From assembly GCA_052033375.1 (NCBI GenBank), contig JBPOJQ010000018.1, positions 1,671 through 65,670 of the forward strand: a stretch of 64,000 nt of DNA, written 5' to 3'. Position 1 is the stretch's first letter, and each line of letters starts with the position of its first letter. This document shows, in pieces, positions 63,441 through 64,000 of the stretch. The stretch comes from Candidatus Magasanikiibacteriota bacterium. GTDB taxonomy: Bacteria > Patescibacteriota > Patescibacteriia > Magasanikbacterales > UBA922. A program made the position numbers and the translations under genes. Below the pieces are notes generated by a model. That model saw only the letters and a program-made list of their open reading frames with translations, had not been told where the DNA came from and searched no databases.

Positions 63441-64000
63441 TTAATCACCAAACCACCGTGAAAATATTCCGCAGGGCAATAATTTTCCTGATTTTGATTC
63501 TTCAATCGCGAGCTCGCCTTTTTCAAAACTTCCACCAAACTTCTCCAACAACTGCTTCAGATTATTTTCATACGCAATCGATGAATATCCTGATGCATAT
63601 CCGTTAATCAAAAAAAATACTGGCTTGTCTGATAAAATTTCAGTACACAATTTCAGAAGCTCAGGCAAATCATCTTCAATTTTCCACAATTCTTTTTTCG
63701 GTCCATGTCCGAATGCAGGCGGATCAAGTAAAATTCCATCATATCTGTTTCCTCGTTTAATTTCTCGTTTTACAAATACCCGAGCATCATCAAGAATCCA
63801 CCGTATTGGTTTGTCTTCTAGCCCTGAAGCTTTTGCATTATCTTTGCCCCACTGAATTGCAACTTTCGACCCGTCCACATGCACCACAGAGGCACCAGCC
63901 TGAGCAGCTGCAAGAGAGGCTCCCCCTGTATAACCAAACAAATTCAAAATATTCACATCTCGTTTTGCTTGGGTAATTTTTTCTCTCATCCAATCCCAAT
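63441..64000 (-). CDS. class I SAM-dependent methyltransferase (RlmI/RlmK-like), 5' end off the window
   Basis: LNLFGYTGGAS, HVDGS, ILLDPPAFG; frame stays open to the window edge. Confidence 0.88.
   Translation of the reverse strand, partial: WDWMREKITQAKRDVNILNLFGYTGGASLAAAQAGASVVHVDGSKVAIQWGKDNAKASGLEDKPIRWILDDARVFVKREIKRGNRYDGILLDPPAFGHGPKKELWKIEDDLPELLKLCTEILSDKPVFFLINGYASGYSSIAYENNLKQLLEKFGGSFEKGELAIEESKSGKLLPCGIFSRWFGD

Overview
AT-rich bacterial chromosome segment, genes mostly on the minus strand. The content (groESL, nusA, prfB, trpS, rnj, uvrA, rplS, gmk, a pilin-like protein, no biosynthetic operons, tRNAs without encoded CCA) suggests a Patescibacteria/CPR genome; this is inferred, not searched. 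The standout is a compact minus-strand locus at about 29.2-33.9 kb: a sigma70-type promoter, a ~200-nt leader closed by a 16-18 bp terminal inverted repeat and containing four hairpins, a divergent group-II-like reverse transcriptase (VGDD instead of YADD), a degenerate ABC exporter-like membrane ATPase, and a membrane-anchored phospholipase D-family protein. I cannot match this combination to a retron, DRT, DGR or group II intron architecture that I know. It lies beside a tRNA-Asn-linked variable region carrying att-like scars. Other notable items: a tRNA-Ile with a UAU anticodon, 28-bp REP-like palindromes embedded in frame in three genes plus a RAYT-type Y1 transposase, a three-gene ATP-citrate-lyase-like set, a membrane-anchored single-module Clp ATPase inside a block bounded by a 33-bp direct repeat, a variant CIRCE, and a histone-H1-like peptide. 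Product calls come from motif recognition by eye; some starts were moved to a more plausible internal ATG.
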